Shown here: positions 63,728 to 64,000 of the stretch, piece after piece
How the letters are laid out: the number at the start of each line of letters is the position of its first letter
How positions within the stretch are numbered: position 1 is the stretch's first letter
NCBI GenBank assembly: GCA_963674755.2
Contig: CAXXVS010000003.1
Span: 2,560,001 to 2,624,000, forward strand
Reading direction: 5' to 3'
DNA length: 64,000 nucleotides
Source of the DNA: Desulfobacterales bacterium
Lineage (GTDB): Bacteria; Desulfobacterota; Desulfobacteria; Desulfobacterales; UBA5852
Translations under genes and position numbers: made by a program
Notes under the pieces: generated by a model
What the model saw: only the letters and a program-made list of their open reading frames with translations
Database searches by the model: none
What the model was told of the DNA's origin: nothing

Positions 63728-64000
63728 ATGAAACAATATGTCATCGATGAATTGACCCCTCAGAACTGCCAAGCCATTCGCCAATACCTGGAACGCTACG
63801 CGCAACCGGCCGGCGTCGAAGGATTGTACTGGTTGCCGATCGAGGAAGGATTGCTCGCGCCCGAGCAGCAATCCCATGTCACATGCAAACCGTTTTTCTT
63901 TGCGCTCGAGTTGCTGCCGGATCGCCTGGTATGCGAACTTCTGGTGCGGACCGGCAATCGCGTGCGTTGTAGCTGCATCGCTTACGCGAGCCGGCAGCAG
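63728..64000 (+). CDS. Hypothetical protein; runs off the right edge
   Basis: Translated by hand: MKQYVIDEL...GLYWLP...QQSHVTCKPFFFALEL...ELLVR...RCSCIAYA; open to the edge. Confidence 0.75.
   Translation, partial: MKQYVIDELTPQNCQAIRQYLERYAQPAGVEGLYWLPIEEGLLAPEQQSHVTCKPFFFALELLPDRLVCELLVRTGNRVRCSCIAYASRQQ

Overview
GC-rich bacterial window. Gene content (DUF748, TauE with a sigma-54 regulator, CooC, RicT/PSP1, LptD/KdsB, CysM-CysRS fusion, 2[4Fe-4S] ferredoxin) points to a sulfate-reducing deltaproteobacterium, probably Desulfobacterales; this is an inference. 1-8.2 kb holds a multidomain lipoprotein, a Zn-ADH, a small ORF, a Ski2-like helicase, CooC and a U32 protein. 9.2-19.8 kb is a run of co-oriented, unrelated minus-strand genes separated by about eight decayed attC-like hairpins with no integrase in the window, i.e. 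a probable eroding integron cassette array (CALIN). Two MITE-like families occur; one has three copies of increasing length that carry nested palindromes and supply neighbouring stop codons. 28.8-35.6 kb encodes an orphan PhnD-like binding protein, histidine kinase, sigma-54 activator and TauE exporter with a recognisable enhancer and -24/-12 promoter. 36-64 kb is mostly housekeeping (eno, pyrG, kdsB, metG, holB, IHF/HU, lptD, surE, yhaM, tmk) but includes a 1256-aa GlmS-like protein with an internal catalytic Cys, a 7TM-PAS sensor lacking its ATPase domain, a frameshifted PBP, a NusG paralogue and a cysteine synthase-CysRS fusion lacking KMSKS. No rRNA, tRNA or CRISPR array was seen. All calls are by eye; no database searches were run.
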